Of a stretch of 64,000 bases of DNA, positions 62,340 through 64,000 are shown one piece after another (within the stretch, counting starts at the first letter, position 1; each line of letters opens with the position of its first letter). This DNA is from Callorhinchus milii (taxonomy: Eukaryota): positions 67,334,001-67,398,000 of the forward strand of contig NW_024704743.1 of assembly GCF_018977255.1 (NCBI RefSeq). Direction: 5' to 3'. The notes below the pieces were generated by a model. That model had not been told where the DNA came from. It searched no databases and was given only the letters and a program-made list of their open reading frames with translations. Made by a program: the position numbers and the translations under genes.

Positions 62340-63440
62340 TACAATACAAAATTACATTTGTATGGCGCCTTTGATGTTGGCAGGACATCTGAAGGCGTTG
62401 GACAGTCAGGGATTTGGACCTGAGCTGGAGGTTGGGATTGGGGAGAGTGGAGGGCAGGGAGGGTAGGAGGGTGGCCGAAGGCTTGATCGAAGAGGAGGTT
62501 TTAAGACGTGCCGTGAAGGAGGCAAGGGAGGGAGCAGGAAAAAGGGAATGTGGGATGGAGTCCCAAAGAGTGGGAGCAGAGAGGCTGAAAGGTCGTCCAC
62601 CGATGTTGGGGCGGGCCGGGGGCGAGAACCTGGAGCAGGTCTGCTGAGCGGAGGGAGCGGACAGGTTGATACGGGGTCAGCAGGTCACAGCAAAAACCTG
62701 TCTGTCATGTACAACAACAACAAATTGCGTTTATGTAGAGCTCTTCACATCTGGAGGATGCCCCAAGGTGCTGGACAATGAGGTTGTGTTGCAGGTTAGA
62801 ATCAGGTTAGGTGAGGGCAACGGGGTGGAGAAAAGCAGATGACCAAAGACACAGTAGAAAAGGAATGTTGAGACGGGCCTTTCAGGAGGGGGTGAGGCGG
62901 AGGGTCTGGGATAGAGTTTCAGAGAATGGGGGCAGCAACGATAAAGGTCCGACAGCTGACAGTGGAGCAGTCGGGGTGGGGGGTTGTGGAGCAGGCCAGT
63001 GCCTACAGAGCGGAGGGAGCAGACAGGTTGGTGAAGTTTTAATAGGTTGCAGATGCAGGGAGGAGCAAGACCGTGGAGGGCTTTAAAAGTGAAGACAAGG
63101 ATCTTGAACTCGATCCTCTGGGGGCTGGGGAGCCAGTAAAGCTGGGCAACGATAGGGGTGATCAGCTCATAGAGTTTAGTGCAGGAGAGGATATGAGCTC
63201 CAGATTTCTGAATAATCTGCATGGTAACAGAGGCAATAACACATAATGACATGGGTGTGGGGTTGAAAAGGCAGGTGAGGGTTGAACAAGACACCAAGAC
63301 CAGCTGAGTTTAGATTGAATCAGGATGGGATCCTGTGAAGCTGCAATGAAATGTGGGATGGCAGTGATCCAACCTGTTGTGCTGAACTTGCCGGCAGAGG
63401 AAGGATAGCAGCCAGTCTTTGGTAAGGAGTAATGGATGGA
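62340..63440 (-). mobile_element. Two tandem L2 3' fragments (~62340-62692 and ~62711-63440)
   Basis: YWLPSPQRIEFKILVFTFKALHGLAPP; two separate (TTG)n-type tails. Confidence 0.87.
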
Positions 63441-63847
63441 GAAATGGGATGATTCATAACATCTGTTCTGAAACATTTCATTTTTCACCTGAGAACTTTC
63501 AAATTACAGCATGTCTATATCAAATGCAAAGATTATTATTATTATTATTAGAATGTCAAACCTCAATTTACTGCACATTATTCCCTTTAACAAGGAACTG
63601 GCCAACTAAGGTAAAAATACAATAGATGCTATCATGTACTAGCTTGACATCCTTTCACAAGAAACTGCATTATAACGGCTGCTATATCACGACAAGCTTG
63701 TTATTAGCTAAATGCACAAGCTAATTTATTTCAACTATATTGCAACTTTGAAGGTTAAAAAAGTTTTTTGAACAAAGAGTACTTCAATTTCATATCATTA
63801 ATAATTCAACACATGCAAGGCTCTGTAATGGCTCTTCATTGGTATTA

Positions 63848-64000
63848 ATAATAATAATCTTTGCGTTTGAGAATTGTGCCTTAACTCGTCGAGACATTTC
63901 AAAGCTCTTCACAGGATATATCGTAAAGTGGATTGACTGTGTATTTTGTGGGTGAATGAGGCGCACAGCAATGTCCCACAGTTAGACATGGAGTGAGTGA
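63848..64000 (-). mobile_element. SINE 3' body and tail, truncated by the window edge
   Basis: (AAT)n, AAAGTGGATTGACTGT, GCGCACAGCAATGTCCCACA. Confidence 0.75.

Overview
Vertebrate, AT-rich, repeat-dense genomic DNA; the repeat content suggests a cartilaginous fish, probably a chimaera or shark (inference). The window lies inside the large neuronal gene cntnap2 on the minus strand. Two coding exons, which the ORF track does not show in their correct frame, were found by manual translation: 53429-53585 (157 nt) and 48543-48670 (128 nt). Both have canonical AG/GT boundaries, join in frame, and correspond to human CNTNAP2 exons 14 and 15 as recalled. The rest is intron. It is filled with decayed L2 and CR1 LINE fragments, an older Deu-domain (SacSINE1/AmnSINE1-like) SINE family and a younger tRNA-Ala-headed SINE that looks chimeric (CORE-like segment, 3' Deu-like body, L2 tail). 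Smaller signals include an unnamed ~75-bp dispersed repeat, a degenerate MITE-like inverted repeat, a decayed Penelope-type hammerhead, local short duplications, CTCF-like sites and candidate conserved non-coding blocks. No intact transposon ORF, true RNA gene or CRISPR array is supported. I found no convincing new biological system; the chimeric SINE and the unnamed repeat are the best leads. Repeat family names come from memory of consensus sequences, and repeat boundaries are approximate.
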